64,000 nucleotides of DNA from assembly GCA_026026165.1 (NCBI GenBank), contig JAPEUD010000013.1, positions 62,001-126,000 on the forward strand, in the 5' to 3' direction. Below are positions 1-13,050 of the stretch, piece by piece. The translations under genes were made by a program, and so were the position numbers. Source of the stretch: Sarea resinae (lineage: Eukaryota). Position 1 is the stretch's first letter. Every line of letters begins with the position of its first letter. Under the pieces are notes generated by a model. The model worked only from the letters and a program-made list of their open reading frames with translations. It had not been told where the DNA came from and made no database searches.

Positions 1-1880
1 TTGGACGAGAGCGCATGGAACGGGAGGAATTAGAAGGCCCGCCTCGGGAGATTTTCAACGACGATGATGATGCCGTTTCTGACCAGGAGGACTCGGACTC
101 TGCAGAGGAAGACGAGAAGATCAAACGCCAGCTCCTCAAGGAAGACAAGGGAGATGAGTTCGACTCGACGAAGCTACGACGATACCAGCTGGAACGTCTG
201 CGCTACTACTACGCCGTGCTCACCTGTTCGTCGCCTTCTGTCGCGAAAGCCATCTACGACACTACGGACGGGACAGAATACCTGACGACGGCCAATTTCT
301 TCGATCTCCGCTTCATCCCGGACGACGTCAGCTTCGACGACGATAAGCCGCGCGACGAGTGTGAGCGCATCCCGGACGGCTACCGACCGAATGAATTCGT
401 CACGGACGCCCTCCAACATAGTAAAGTCAAACTGACCTGGGACGCCGATGACGTGGTCCGGAAAGACGTCCAGCGCCGGGCCTTTTCGGGCTCGAAAGCG
501 GACATTGGCGAGAACGACCTCAAAGCTTACCTCGGCAGCGACAGCTCCGACGATGAAGCCGACGATGATGATGATGATGATGATGATCCCATCGAAGACC
601 AAACCGAGGCGCCTAAGATGTCCAGAAAAGAAGCCGAGCGCCAGCGCATGCGCGCCCTTCTCGGTCTCGGCGACTCTTCTGCGCCAAGCACGCGCAAATC
701 CAAATCCAAAGACGCGGACGGCGGCCGGCCGGTAGGCGACATGCAAATCACATTCACGTCGGGTCTCTCAACAGCCGATCCCTCTGCGGCGGCGGCGGGT
801 AAGAACAAGTCCGTCTTCGAGAACTCGCCCGAGCGCGAGGAAACGACGGTCGAGAAATACGTGCGGAAGGAAAAAGAACGGAAAGCTCGGCGCAAGGAGA
901 AGCTCAAGGCCTCCCGGACCGGCGAGTCGACGGGTGAAGGGACTACTGCTGCTGCTTCTGCGGAGACTGGGACGTCTAAAGCCGCTACCCCTGTCGCGGT
1001 AGCGGAAGATGGCGAGGAAGAGGAAGACCTGGGCTTCGACGATCCTTTCTTCACGGCCGGTCCCCGCGCCGCCGAGGGCGACGACGACGACATGCCCCCG
1101 CTCTCCAAAGCGGACCTCAAACGCGCCAAGCGTGACAAGAAGAAGCAGAAGAAACATCGACACGACCACGATGATGATGATGACGACGCAGCAGCAGCCG
1201 AAGCCAAAGCGCGCCAACGGGCCGAGCTCGAACTGCTAATGCTAGACGACCACCCCACTCTCGCCGCGGCCGCGGCCGCCGACGCCGACGACGGCGCCAC
1301 GGAAGCTCAAGAACGACAACGGCGCATCGCGCACTTTGACATGGCCGCGATCGAAAAGGCCGAGAAGCGCAAGAACAAGAACAAGAAAGCGAAACAGGCC
1401 AGGAAGAAAGGCGCCAATAGAAACGCCTCTGGTACTACAGAGACGGAGCAGGAAGAGGAGCAGCAACCCGGCTTCGCGCTCGATGTCAAGGATCCTCGCT
1501 TCCAGGCCCTGTACGAGAAACACGAGTTCGCTATCGATCCCACCAGTGCTCGGTTCAGGGATACGCAGGGGATGCGGTCGTTGCTTGAGGAGGGGCGGAA
1601 GAGGAGGAGGAGAGGTGGTGGTGGTGGTGGTGGTGGTGGTGATGGGGAGGGCGAGGGCGAAGATGGAGCGGCGGTTGGGGACGGGGTTGGTGATAGGGGT
1701 GGAGCAATAGGTGGGCGAGAAAAGGCCGGCAAGAAGAGGAAGGGGAGGGTCGGGGATGGTGGAGAGGGTGAAGAAGATGCGGGAATGGTGGGGGGAGTGG
1801 GTGGGGCCGGCGATGGCGGCGAGCTGGAGCGGCTGGTCAAGAGGGTCAAGAGTAAAGTTGGTGGTAGTGGTGGTCGATGA
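1..1880 (+). CDS. ESF1: Pre-rRNA processing protein Esf1 (5'-truncated by the window edge)
   Basis: The frame is open from the window start. It contains LRRYQLERLRYYYAV, ANFFDLRFIPDD and TDALQHSKVKLTWD, plus a C-terminal NUC153-type DPRFQALYEKHEFAIDPT motif. Confidence 0.93.
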   Translation, partial: GRERMEREELEGPPREIFNDDDDAVSDQEDSDSAEEDEKIKRQLLKEDKGDEFDSTKLRRYQLERLRYYYAVLTCSSPSVAKAIYDTTDGTEYLTTANFFDLRFIPDDVSFDDDKPRDECERIPDGYRPNEFVTDALQHSKVKLTWDADDVVRKDVQRRAFSGSKADIGENDLKAYLGSDSSDDEADDDDDDDDDPIEDQTEAPKMSRKEAERQRMRALLGLGDSSAPSTRKSKSKDADGGRPVGDMQITFTSGLSTADPSAAAAGKNKSVFENSPEREETTVEKYVRKEKERKARRKEKLKASRTGESTGEGTTAAASAETGTSKAATPVAVAEDGEEEEDLGFDDPFFTAGPRAAEGDDDDMPPLSKADLKRAKRDKKKQKKHRHDHDDDDDDAAAAEAKARQRAELELLMLDDHPTLAAAAAADADDGATEAQERQRRIAHFDMAAIEKAEKRKNKNKKAKQARKKGANRNASGTTETEQEEEQQPGFALDVKDPRFQALYEKHEFAIDPTSARFRDTQGMRSLLEEGRKRRRRGGGGGGGGGDGEGEGEDGAAVGDGVGDRGGAIGGREKAGKKRKGRVGDGGEGEEDAGMVGGVGGAGDGGELERLVKRVKSKVGGSGGR

Positions 1881-2349
1881 GATGAGATGCGATGAGACGA
1901 GATCAGGTCGATGGGTAAATAGACAAATCAGCCAAATGAATGGACAAATAGATCGGTGATATTTCAGTGCCCGTCTGATTGTGATGCGAGATCGTGAGGT
2001 CGTGAGAGGGGAGGGGTTCATTGAGCGATGGTCTGTCTGTCTGTCTGTGTCTGTCTCTCTGATTATGTGACCATGTGACCATGATTATATGACCATATAT
2101 ATATATATTTATTGATTTATTTCATCTCGCCGATGATTTCCAAACCCCCCCCCGAATCCGACGTCGTTGATGTAAAACTGTCCTGGTTCCCCCCTGCTAC
2201 ATGAGTGACCAATCCCCCCGTTTCGGTTTTCTTTTCGGATGACTCCTTATTGTTTTTTTTACTCCCGTTGCTGGTCTGCGCCTTGAGATCCCCCGTACGT
2301 ATGAGATAAGCCGGAAGATGATAAGAAGATAAGATGGAAATGTGATGAA

Positions 2350-2493
2350 ACGAAATGAAATGAAACCAAGGAAGGAAGGAAGGAAGGAAGGAAGGAAGCA
2401 GAGAAGAGAAGAGAAGAGAAGAGAAGAGAAGAGAAGAGAAGAGAAGAGAAGAGAAGAGAAGAGAAGAGAAGAGAAGAGAAGAGAAGAGAAGAG
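2350..2493. repeat. Compound microsatellite (GAAG)n followed by (GAGAA)n
   Basis: Directly visible tandem repeats; about 18 GAGAA units from 2401. Confidence 0.97.
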
Positions 2494-2746
2494 AGATAAG
2501 ACAAACAAACAGATAAAACCAAGAACGCCCCCTCCTCGGCGCGGCGATCTGGAACCCGGAAGACTTGACACCGGCACCCGAACGAAAAACAACCACTCCT
2601 TCTCCGAAGCACAAGCACATGCACAAGCAAACGAAAAAGAGATATACAAGAAACAGACACACACACCCCCCACCCTCCTCACATTCCTTCTCTTGTTGCT
2701 TTCCTTCCTCACTTTCCATTCTGACTTTCCTTCCTTCCTCACTTAC

Positions 2747-3499
2747 TTACTTGATCCACCCCTTTTCCTTCAACTTCTCCTTGAAGGTCTGATCGCGGTC
2801 GCGGCCCTTGTCCAAGTGGCCATCGCGCGAGCCCTGGGTCGCGAAGATGCTGTTCTCGCGCTTTTGGAAGCGGGACGGGGGCACTTTGGATGCGTCTGTT
2901 TTTTTTTTTTTTTTGTTTTTGCGTGAGTGGGTGTTTTGGGATAGGAGGGAGAGGGGATTAAAGAGATAGTGTGGGGGGTTGGGAAGAGAGGGAGGATGAG
3001 GATGGGGACGGGGAAGGGAAGGCGATCAATGAGTGGAGATGAGGATGAAGAAGAGGGGGGGTTAAGGTTTTGGGCGAGAGAAAGGAAAAAGGAGGCGGTG
3101 GCAAAGGCGAGGAGAGGAGACGTAGTGAATAGATACAAGGGGAAGAAGAGAATAAAGAGGCCCTTCGAGAGTCTTATGCTAAACAAGGCCGAGAAGGCCC
3201 CCCCAAAAACGGTGAGAGCGGCCAGAGGCAAGCAAGTGGATCAGACACTAAGACAAAAAACACATACCCCATTCCTTACTCAAGCGCCGATCCCGCGTCG
3301 CGCCCGGCGCGGCCATGCGTGCGGCCTCCTGGACCACTTCCTCTGACGACGACGACGAGCGCGAGTCGGTGCGCGAGAAGGGGTCGTTGTCCGGGGTGCG
3401 CTGCGCGGCGAATGGGTCGGCGTCGGTGGTTGCGGCGGCCATGGCGTGGGTGTCTGCTTTTGTGTTTGTTGTGTTTGTTGTTGCGGCTGGGGTCGTCAT
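2747..3499 (-). CDS. Small (126 aa) two-exon protein of unknown function; exons 3499-3268 and 2895-2747
   Basis: A GTATGT donor at 3267 and a CAG acceptor at 2896 join ...RDRRLSKEW to DASKVPPSRFQKRENSIFATQGSRDGHLDKGRDRDQTFKEKLKEKGWIK* in frame. I recall this C-terminal block from other filamentous-fungal hypothetical proteins. Confidence 0.75.
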
Positions 3500-4972
3500 G
3501 GTGGAGTGGCGGGGGAGTCGGTTTGCGTGGTGTGTTTGGGTGGGGAAGATGGTTGGTTTGGGAGGGCTGGTTTGGAAGGGGAAAGGGGGTTTTTCTGGAC
3601 GTGGGACGAAGGGGGGTTCTGTGTATTGAGTTAGTCCTCGGGCGTTGTGATGGATGAATGCTGGGAGATGGCTGGATGATAGGACGGAGGGAACGGTCGG
3701 GGAGGGGGAGGGGGTGTATCAATCACATCACATACCGTCGATGGCTGCGGGGCCGACAAGACAGGAGTCAATATAGGATGTGGGATCTTTGGAGTATTAC
3801 AAAGGTCCTGGTCTTCAAGGCAGGCAGGCAGGAGAATGGTCGTTGAGGGTTGAGTGACTGGTGGACGGAAGATAAGAGGCAGCGATGGGGATGCTGGATG
3901 ATAGACGAATATCATTCCTCGGAATCCTCGGTCGAGATCCGGGCTGACCCAGGGGGCTGTGGGATTACGATGAGTAGATTACAGAGGGGAAACACGGCCT
4001 AGGTGAGATAAGTAGACATGTAGGTGCTATGATGAGAAAGCGGGGAGCGTTGATAAGATAGATGGAGGAGTTGAGTGAGACGCCGGTGGACGAGGGGCTC
4101 TCCAGAGGGCGAAAGAGCCAGCATCATATCATCATCGCATCATCGCATCATCGCATCATCGCATCATCGCATCATCGCATCACTTCACCTCGTACCATTA
4201 AGGTTGATCTCACTCGATTGATGATCATCTCCCGCCGTACATCGATAGGATGGATGGGATGGATGGGATGGATAGGATGGATCGGATGCATCAATGCAAT
4301 GGCATCGATGCATCGCAGATCCCTCGACGCCCGATTACGTCGCCGCCGCCCCAGAAGATGCTAGCGCCACCGACGGACTCCCTCGTCAAGGACTCACTAA
4401 GTCCAAGACACCCGACCCAAGGCAGATGAGAGGCTGAGAGAGCACGACCGAGCATGAATGCGCTTGAAGAAGGGAACTAGAGAGGAGGCACTGCCTCATA
4501 CTTGGTAGATCAGCGGCGCATCAGCGGCACATCAGCAGCTGCACATGCATGTGAGGTAGAAAGCTTCCCCGCCCTTCATTTACTCCCCGCATCCAGCCAC
4601 CGTGCACTTCTGACGAGGGCGACGACGACGACGACGACGACCTTACTCATCCTACTACCACGACTGCTTCGAGTATCATACGTACACTCATATGCCCATC
4701 GCCGAGATGCACAGATGAGAGTTCGAATAGATTAGAATCACCATGTTCAGATGATATCGCGGAAGAGAAAACCGCACCATGATCGCGACCACCACGAGGA
4801 CGGCACATGCTCGCTTCGGCCCACGCGAGCACCGCTCCGAATGGGAGATGCGGCGGTCAAGTCAACAACGCCTGTTGCCGCCACAGGCGCCCGCCCGACG
4901 CTGTTCAAAATATCCCCTCCCCTTTGTACACGTACGAATCTCCTCGAGGCCCCGTGATACACGCTCCGTCCC

Positions 4973-7900
4973 TTACCTCGCCTCTTCCTCTTCCTCCTCT
5001 TCCTCCTCTTCCTCCTCTTCCTCCTCTTCCTCCTCTCCCGTACTCTCCACACGCTCGGCCTCCGTAGCCGTCATCGGTGCCGATTTAGACTTCTTGGCCT
5101 GCTCGGGGAAGAGTTCGCTCAAGAGGTCCGGCAGGAATCGTTCCAACCGTCGCCACGTTTCTTCCCACAGCTTCTCGTTCTGCGGATCCTGCTCCGGGGG
5201 GACCAGGTACCCGCCACTAGACATGACGAGGATCACGTTCTTGAGGCTTTCCGGGACGGCTTCCTCCTACATTAAAGTCAGTCGCTGTCGCCAATCAACT
5301 ATCAACCGACTTACCAGATTATCCCCTTGACCACTGTTCATCAGCCGATCCATGACGTCGAGAATTCGAAGCCAAAGATCAAGCATTCCATCCCACTCAG
5401 ACAGCAGAACCAGATAGTGGAGGAAGATCTTGCAGAGCAACGTAGCAGCCTGGACACGAGTCTCACTCATACCCAGCGGATCCGATTGATAGACCTCTGG
5501 TTTGAGTAGCCGTATGATAAGTGGGAAGAGCACTTCGCCAAAAATAGCTGTCCATTCATTGTGATCGGTCGAAGTGAGTTCTGGCGACTGTAAAGTTCGC
5601 TGCAGGGACGAGAATGCTTGATGTCGGATCTCTCGACAAGGATTGACGCATTGAGCGGTCAATGCACGGAAGATTGGCGACCAGTAAGTTCCCCAAGCTA
5701 ACCAGTCAGTGGTGCAATCCTTACCAGGAGCGACAAACTTACCATCCGCTCTTTCGAGATGAGAGTGCTCGATCAGAGAAGGAAGACGGCTTGTCAACTG
5801 GTAAATGATGCGAACAGCGTGTGCGCCGCGAACCACCACCTCACTACTCCTATTTGTCGTTAGCAACGTCTCTAGAAGAAAAGAGGGCGACGCACTCTGG
5901 CTTGGGCTGCTTCGGAGACTTCCCTCTCAGAGAGGCTTTGTCTTGACGTTGCTCGAAAACGGCTCCAATACTGCCTGCAGTCGCATAATCGCCCAGCAGT
6001 AATACGGCAGATTCATAATTATCTGCGGTAATGGCTGTTGGGCTACCGACGGTCATGTCTTCTAAAATGTCGAACACCGTTCCCGAAGCCTCCGGCGACA
6101 GATGCAAGCTGCGAAGGATCGTCCAAAAGTCTGGCGAATTGCTCATCTCGTTCCTCAGTGTGGCTGGCCCTTTGATGCAGTGAAACATTCCTTTGGCAAT
6201 TAACAGGGCGGACTGGTCTAGTATCTCCTGATCGAAGCTAGAGATCGTATGCAGAACGACCGGCGTACGGATGAAATCATACTCCTGCTCTCTATTAGAA
6301 TAGATCCCTGTAGTAAACCAGACTACTTACGTGACTCGCGCAGAGGAGGTTCAATAGGTAGAAAACAGTCCTAGAAATTACCACTGGATGAAAGCTGGAC
6401 GAATCTCGAAGCACAGATTGAAGTGCTTCAGCAACATCACTGCCAACAGTCTCCAGCGTTTCCCGATCTCGCATCGCAAGAATCGTTGAAAGCTCGAGCA
6501 AGAAGACCACCAGCGGATCATAGTATGGCGAATCGGCCCTCCTCCTGTGTCCATTTGACCTGGGAGTATTCGGCAGTACTTCGGGTTTGACGACGATCAC
6601 TGCAGGCGATGACTCTGGCAGCTGTGCCAGCAGAGATGATACCAAGGCCATCAGCGACTTCGAAGGCAGTTGACTAAAGTGATCAGTGACTATCGAGAAA
6701 ACATCAAGCCGTAGAGCCTACAGTATATTAGAGAACACCTCCCCCATAGAGCAAGCATTGACGCAATCGACTGTGCATAAAGTGTTCTCGAGTTCCTCAT
6801 CCGACGGCTCCGGCGGCTCGTCAGCAGCATAACTCTGGAGGTAATTCGCAAAGGCAGAGAAAAGACTATTGTCGTTAGCCCTTTCACCACGGTCGATGAC
6901 CTGGGCGGGGTTTTGTAGCGGGATCGGCGGGATGTCTAATGCCGTCTGTGATGCAAAGAAAGGAGGAATTAAAGAGTTGATGAAGAGGTTGAGCCATATG
7001 CGAACAAGCTAAGTCTAGGTCAGTGACAATTTCTCTGAGATTGGATCCCACTTACGTATTTCCAGCCATCTCTGACAATGGCCTCATTTCCCGTGACAAC
7101 CCGGAAGAGCACAACGGTTGCTAACTGGGCTTTGAAGTCTCTGCCGAACTTGACTGCTAATTCGCTGACCATGACACTCTTGTCGCCAGCCTGAACTTCG
7201 GTATTCAATGCCGTGTTTGCTGGTCCAATCGTTGACAGAGTACTAATGGAACTCAAGCAGAATATGATGTGGTCAACGGCATCAGTAAGACAATACCTTG
7301 CAGCGATACGTGCGCATTGATCAAAGCCTGTCACAACTCTCGAGAAGACAGCATCGTCCGAGGCAGACAAGAAGACATATGACAAGGTTGCCACTACCGG
7401 CTTCCAAGTGGTGGCGAACATGTCCGCATCGAACGCATTCGTATCGCAGATAGTCAACTTGCCAGCAGATTCTGTCTTTTGAAGTAGTTCTCTCCAAGCG
7501 TAGTCGAAAGCATGTTGGTTGTCATGCTCGTCGGGAAGGATGATCTCATTGGACCTAATTTCATTGTAAATGTCTTGCAGGTATTCAGGGGCAAAGTCTT
7601 GCCCTCCGTTCACGCCCCGCAGATTTTTTGCAAAATCTTTGAATGACATTCGACTAGAGGATTTGACGTTGGGATTGTGCTGATCAGTGTTTAACATGAT
7701 GATGGCATATGTGAGAACGTAGACGGCATCTTTGTCCGCAATGCCTTCTGGTGTAGAGCTCGCACAATACTTCTCCGAGAATGAAACAATGATTCGTTCG
7801 ATCAGGGGCGATTCTCCAGGTAGTCGAAAGGAGCCCAAGAGCTGTCTCAAGGCTTCATCGACACGTTTGCCGGTAAAGTCAAACAGATCTATAAAGGCCT

Positions 7901-10160
7901 TCAAGAATGGTTCGTGAGTTCTCTTTGTCAGATATTCCCCAAGAACCTTTTTGGATATCCGGGATGTTCCCTTCAAAAACCGGGCGATAGAATGTGGATC
8001 TTCAGGATTCTCAACCACCCCCTGAGAAGCAAGATAAAGGATCCCCGCCTTCGGATCCTCATTGAATTTCGTAGCCCCTCGGATGATGACTCTCTTCCGC
8101 AATCTCTGCTCCCGGAGTTTCTGTCGGTCGGGAAAGCCCTCGAATTTAGGTTCCTCATCGAGTCGATCAGAGATGAACTGAACATAACCGAGCAGGGCAT
8201 CTAAGCATAACGGGGGAACATTTGTAGTACTCCAAGTCGCCGAATCCGGGAACGCATTCCGTGAGAGAAGACCGACCATGTCTTCGCAAAGATCGCTGCG
8301 ATCAATCTCGCAATCGTAATTCACGAAAAGCTCGACCATGAAACTTGGGATCCTTGCCAACGCCCCAACGCTTTCCACCATGGCCTCGCGAGCATCTGGC
8401 TTCCTCGAGCCACCCTCCATACCAAGTCTCTGTCGATCTTTCACAGGCACTGGCGTAGCTCGCCCACTGTTTGACTGTGAAGGTGGGGGTCTCACAAGTT
8501 TTGGAGCTTGTGGGACGCCGGCATAAAGTGCCGGATCAATACCAGGCTCCCGAGGGATATCTACTCGAGGATGAAGACAGGCAACCAAATAAGATATGAA
8601 CAACTCTTGCTGCAACTTCAGAACCCCTCGGCAAGTCGCTAAAAGGGTGCCGGCAACACGCAACGATTCGTTCAAGATGGCCATATTGTCAGAGCGAACA
8701 AGTTGAAATAGAAAACGACATAGGTAATCCTTGGCAGGATCTGCTAAGCTCGGATGCTTTGCGATAGACGGGCCTGCAACTTCAAGAGCGACGTCGATAA
8801 TACGAAGTGCTATCACTCTCATCGTGTCCGTATGCTGTCGATTGTGAGGGTCAAGCAGGTCGACCAGGACTCTGAAGAGTTCACGGATTGACGGCAAGGA
8901 ATAGGGCTTGACCTCTGTATCATCGGTAGCCATCGTATGTGTCGTATCGACTGTGCTGCCGTTGATTGCTATGGCCGGTGGAGCTTCGTCACCACTATCA
9001 GCGGACTTTTCGGCATAGTCAAGGATCTGCTGCTCATTCGCTCTGGCTGGAGATACGATGTGATCGCCCTTGACTGAGGGATCCATTTTGACTGTGTCCA
9101 TGTCCTCCTTGGTTTGTTCCTCCAGAGCTCCTACTTCATCTCCAGCTTCTTCTTCGACATGCTTCAGTCGCTCAAAGACTACCTGGCACATGGTAATCAT
9201 GGACATTTCTGCTGACCGTCGAAGTAGTTCGGACAGTCGCGGCTGGCAGCACATACTCAATCCTGTCTCCATCATCTCGCAGACACTTTCATCCCCAAGA
9301 ATATCTCCACCTGGTCCGGTGATCATGCCCTCCATGAGCTTGAGTATTCGAAGCAGGACGACCTCGTCGGCGGCAGAATCGCTTGCTTCAAAGCGACAGT
9401 GCGTGATGGCAGACGACAAGAGCTGCATAGCCAGAGACAACCTTGGAGAGTCTCTGCTGATGATGTTATACGAAAAGAACTTTGTAATCGCGACAAGAGC
9501 GAGTGAAGTAATTGGGGCCGAAGTCGACGATGATCGTATGACCTGTAGAAATGGATGAAGGAGAGCCGGTGTATCAAAGGTTCGAATGTCTAACGAGTAT
9601 TAGCAGAATACATACCAGCATGATATCGGTGATTTACCTCTGCATCCCACGAGATCGCTTCGTAGTCGCGCAAAAGCTGACATTAAAGGATTATCTTGAA
9701 TGCTTTTCCCTTTCTTTCCTCTGAGTCCCCACCGATTCGCAAGGCCCATGTCCTCCTCGGCAACTCTCATGCTACCAATTGATTCTCTGCTCCCTCTTCC
9801 ACCCCGGCTGGGGACTTCATCACCTGGGGTCGAGGGCCGAGATATCTCTCTGCCGTAGCTTGTAGAAGCTCCGCCTCCAAGGATGGCGGAGACCGAAGAA
9901 TGAGCCCACCGGGCATGTTTGCGCATAGCCGACGTGACGGTGATGCATTCTGTAGTTATGAGAGCTACCGGATCGACAGCTACAGACACGGTAGTGGGCC
10001 GATTAGGAGGCTGGCGTGGAGCGAACAGGCGATCATCCATGGGCGAAGCTTGGCCGACATTGGTTGCTATCGTGATGCTTCGATATTGTGCAGACACCGT
10101 CCTGTGGCTTTCTGGTCGCGCCGGTCCCGACATGCCTTTATTATTTCTATCATCGCTCAT
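4973..10160 (-). CDS. Large Sec7-domain ARF guanine-nucleotide exchange factor, GBF1/Gea1-Gea2 subfamily; exons 10160-9638, 9589-7056, 7008-6722, 6673-6331, 6284-5896, 5849-5315, 5266-4973
   Basis: Sec7 motifs FRLPGESPLIERI and YAIIMLNTDQHNP, and HUS box FVNYDCEIDRSDL. Six GT-AG introns with branch sites keep the frame. The C-terminus ends in poly-Glu. Confidence 0.93.
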
Positions 10161-11088
10161 TATGGGTGCTGGTGATTGGGATTCATGTCAGCATTGAGCC
10201 AGTGGAAGCAGCAGCATCTCGAATCTCGTTCGGGAGCGGGATGAGACAAGACATACTCCAGACCCTGTGAGCCTCCCTCTGATTTGAAAAAAGGCCTTGT
10301 GATATGTCAGATCTACAGATACATGCCGAAATGTGTAAGAAATACAACGTCTCAAGGGTCGTGAAGGCTCAATTCGTGCAGTGCGTTTGGACCCTACTTT
10401 CCAAGCTGGAGGTATATCTGGCAGGCAAGATAGGTCCAGGTGTACAAAGTGTACCTCTACACATCGAGGCTCTGAGGGAAGCTCGACGTTGACAGATCGA
10501 AGAGGGTTAGTCAGCGGCAAATGCCGCTGATTCAGGTTCGGCCAGCGCCCGCCTACCGTACCTTAGCCCTAGGAACCCCCCCATGCGGAAGAGGCCGGTC
10601 CGGCTGGAGAAGCTCTACTGCCTACTGCCTATCACATGTATGTCAGGTCGTCACGCATCCGGAGATGGCCCACGGGCACCCATCCAGTATGAGAAGAATA
10701 ATAATCATTGAACGTGTTGATAAGAGGTATAATAGATCAATTCCACTATGCTTACACAGCGACACAGATAGAGGCCTCCCCTCATCATCCATGCCTTCAC
10801 TTGCATCCACACAAGTGCCTTTTCTGCCGGAGGTTGGGGCAGATCCAGATGTTGCTGGCGCCCATGTTATATCGCGTTCTCCGTGCGACGCAGGAAGTAT
10901 CTCGAGGCCCCCAACTATCTCAGAGATCTCCTATGTTGCGTCCATTGGCAGCCGATATGCTGCAGTTCCTCTAAATAACTCCGTAACCGTCGCTATATAT
11001 CAAGCAAAACAACACACGAAACTGGAAAGACTGATTAGTTGCACATCACTATATGGTCTCGAGAGTCGAGGCTCACCTCTGTAGATCC

Positions 11089-12793
11089 TCAGCGCGCGTC
11101 TTGTGCCACCTTCTCTGCTCCCGCGACCACTTCTGCTGCATCTTTGCCTGGTAAAGCCGCGCCCTCGCCTGCCACTGCTGCAGCGGCCTCCTTCTCCATT
11201 TCTTTCTTTGCCTTGATCTCCGTAATGAGAGCTTCGACCTTTTTATTTTCTTGTTCCTTTAAAGCCATTTCCTGAATATCGGCCTTGTCCTTCTCCCACT
11301 GACTGTTCGGATCGGCGAATTCCTCCTTGATCTTCTTAGCTCGTTCGGCGCGCTCTTTCTCCTCATTCTCCCGAGCCAGTCTTTCCTGCTCCATCTCTTC
11401 CATGTGCCGAATATCATCAACACTGGGCTCGTAAAGATGCCAGATGGTGTAATGTGGCAGACCGACTACTGAAAATCCCATCCTCTTCGCCATCTGCGCA
11501 AAGTCAGTATAGATATAGCCATCGATCTGTAGACATGTATACCTTTCCAAATCCCTCCGTCTCAGCGTGCTTTTGGAAGCTGAACGCCGGGAAGTGTACT
11601 CCAGAGCGGAACACCTTGGCTTTGGCCAGAATGCTCACACCTCCGACACCATCGATTTCCATTTCCATATCGGGATCTCCGTAGGGATCTCTCAAGTAGG
11701 CAAGATGAGGACGCCAGGTAGCATACTCAGCATATCCTTCCACGATGACGGCATCCTCGTCCAACGTGTTTGCCAGCGCGAGGGCCGTCTCGGACTCCTG
11801 CCATGAGTTCAAATCATAAGGCTGTTCGCCCCCCAGCCAGTCAGGCAAAGGTCGCCAAACATCTTGGATTATGTCAGCCGATGAAAAGCCAGGAGACTTC
11901 CTTTAACTTACTGGGAACAATGACATCTTTGTTATGCCGCATTAGATCCTCAAGGATCGTGAAAGGAGCAGTCTCAACATCCGCATCTCTCCAATAGACC
12001 CAGCTATGCGTAGGTCGTAAGGCTGCACTGAGCAACCAATTCCTCGCCTGAGCCATCAGCTTTCGCCTTCCTGCCTGTGCAGCAAATCCATGACGACTCT
12101 CGACATCTTGGTTGACCTTTTGCCCGAAATCCTTTTCAATGACAGAGATCTCGCCATACGGTTGCTTTGGGTCAGGGTCTGATTGGAGCTCGTTGAGCAT
12201 ACGAGAGAGAGACTCGAGGGTATTATCCTTGGAGTCCGACACCAAGAATGCCAAGTCGATGAGATGATGCGGGTACGTAAAGTTGTGGAGGTGTGAAAAG
12301 AACATCGGTAGATGTGATTCGGCATCACGTAGCGGAGCGCACAGTAATATCCTCTCCTCTCTCTCCCATCCCCGTGCGGTTCCTTGCATGTTTGCCAAAT
12401 CATAATATCTTACAGTCTCAAGCTGAAAGTCCTCGGCGGAAGATAAAAGGCCGAGCGAAAGCGTGGGTAGAACGGCGGCGCGCAGTGAGGGGAAAAGAAG
12501 GATGATCACCAGGGTTGAAAAGGCACAGACGCCTGCTAACCGTATGAGAAGCTGTCTTCGTCGGCGCATGGCTGGTTGCGACCGAGGCTGGAAGCTTTGA
12601 AAGTGTCAGTTCGGTCACGATCAGATTGTTCACGATCATCGACAGCTGCGTGACAAAGGCGTCCAACATACCGGTGCGGTGAGATCGAAAAGGTGCCTGT
12701 TCCCATCCCGGATCCATGTCCAGGATAGGCACTCTGCCCGTTTGAGAAGGCATGCCTATTCATCTTCTTGGGCAATGCATGCGTGGGAAGCAT
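11089..12793 (-). CDS. ANP1: Golgi alpha-1,6-mannosyltransferase complex subunit Anp1 (GT62); exons 12793-12672, 12594-11912, 11862-11543, 11493-11089
   Basis: Type II membrane anchor, ARNWLLSAALRPTHSWVYWRDADV (DxD), DGVGGVSILAKA and HAETEGFGKMAKRMG. Three GT-AG introns restore a single frame. Confidence 0.88.
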
Positions 12794-12997
12794 CCAGGGA
12801 GGCTGTGAGATTGTCGAGTCCGGCTACGGAATGCCAGACTCGTTTGACACGGTGCCTGACGCGAGAGGACGGGCCTCCCTCTCTTCAGCGAGCCACCGTC
12901 ACCGTCTTGACGTGAGCTCAACGTCGGCTGAAGTGCGCGCGTCTGAGAGAGAATGCGTCGTCAACCCAGACCTTGGCGAGAAGGGGGTTGCGATGTG

Positions 12998-13050
12998 CGA
13001 TGGGCGATGGGCGATGGGCGATGGGCGATGGGCGATGGGCGATGGGCGAT
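12998..13050. repeat. Heptamer tandem repeat (CGATGGG)n upstream of ANP1
   Basis: Directly visible. Confidence 0.95.

Noticed and set aside
2117..2926. Several ORFs with LFSSL or EEKRR repeats
   Set aside because: These are translations of the (GAGAA)n microsatellite.
9579..9587. GGTTCGAAT tRNA B-box-like motif (similar at about 29989)
   Set aside because: It lies inside protein-coding exons and has no cloverleaf context.
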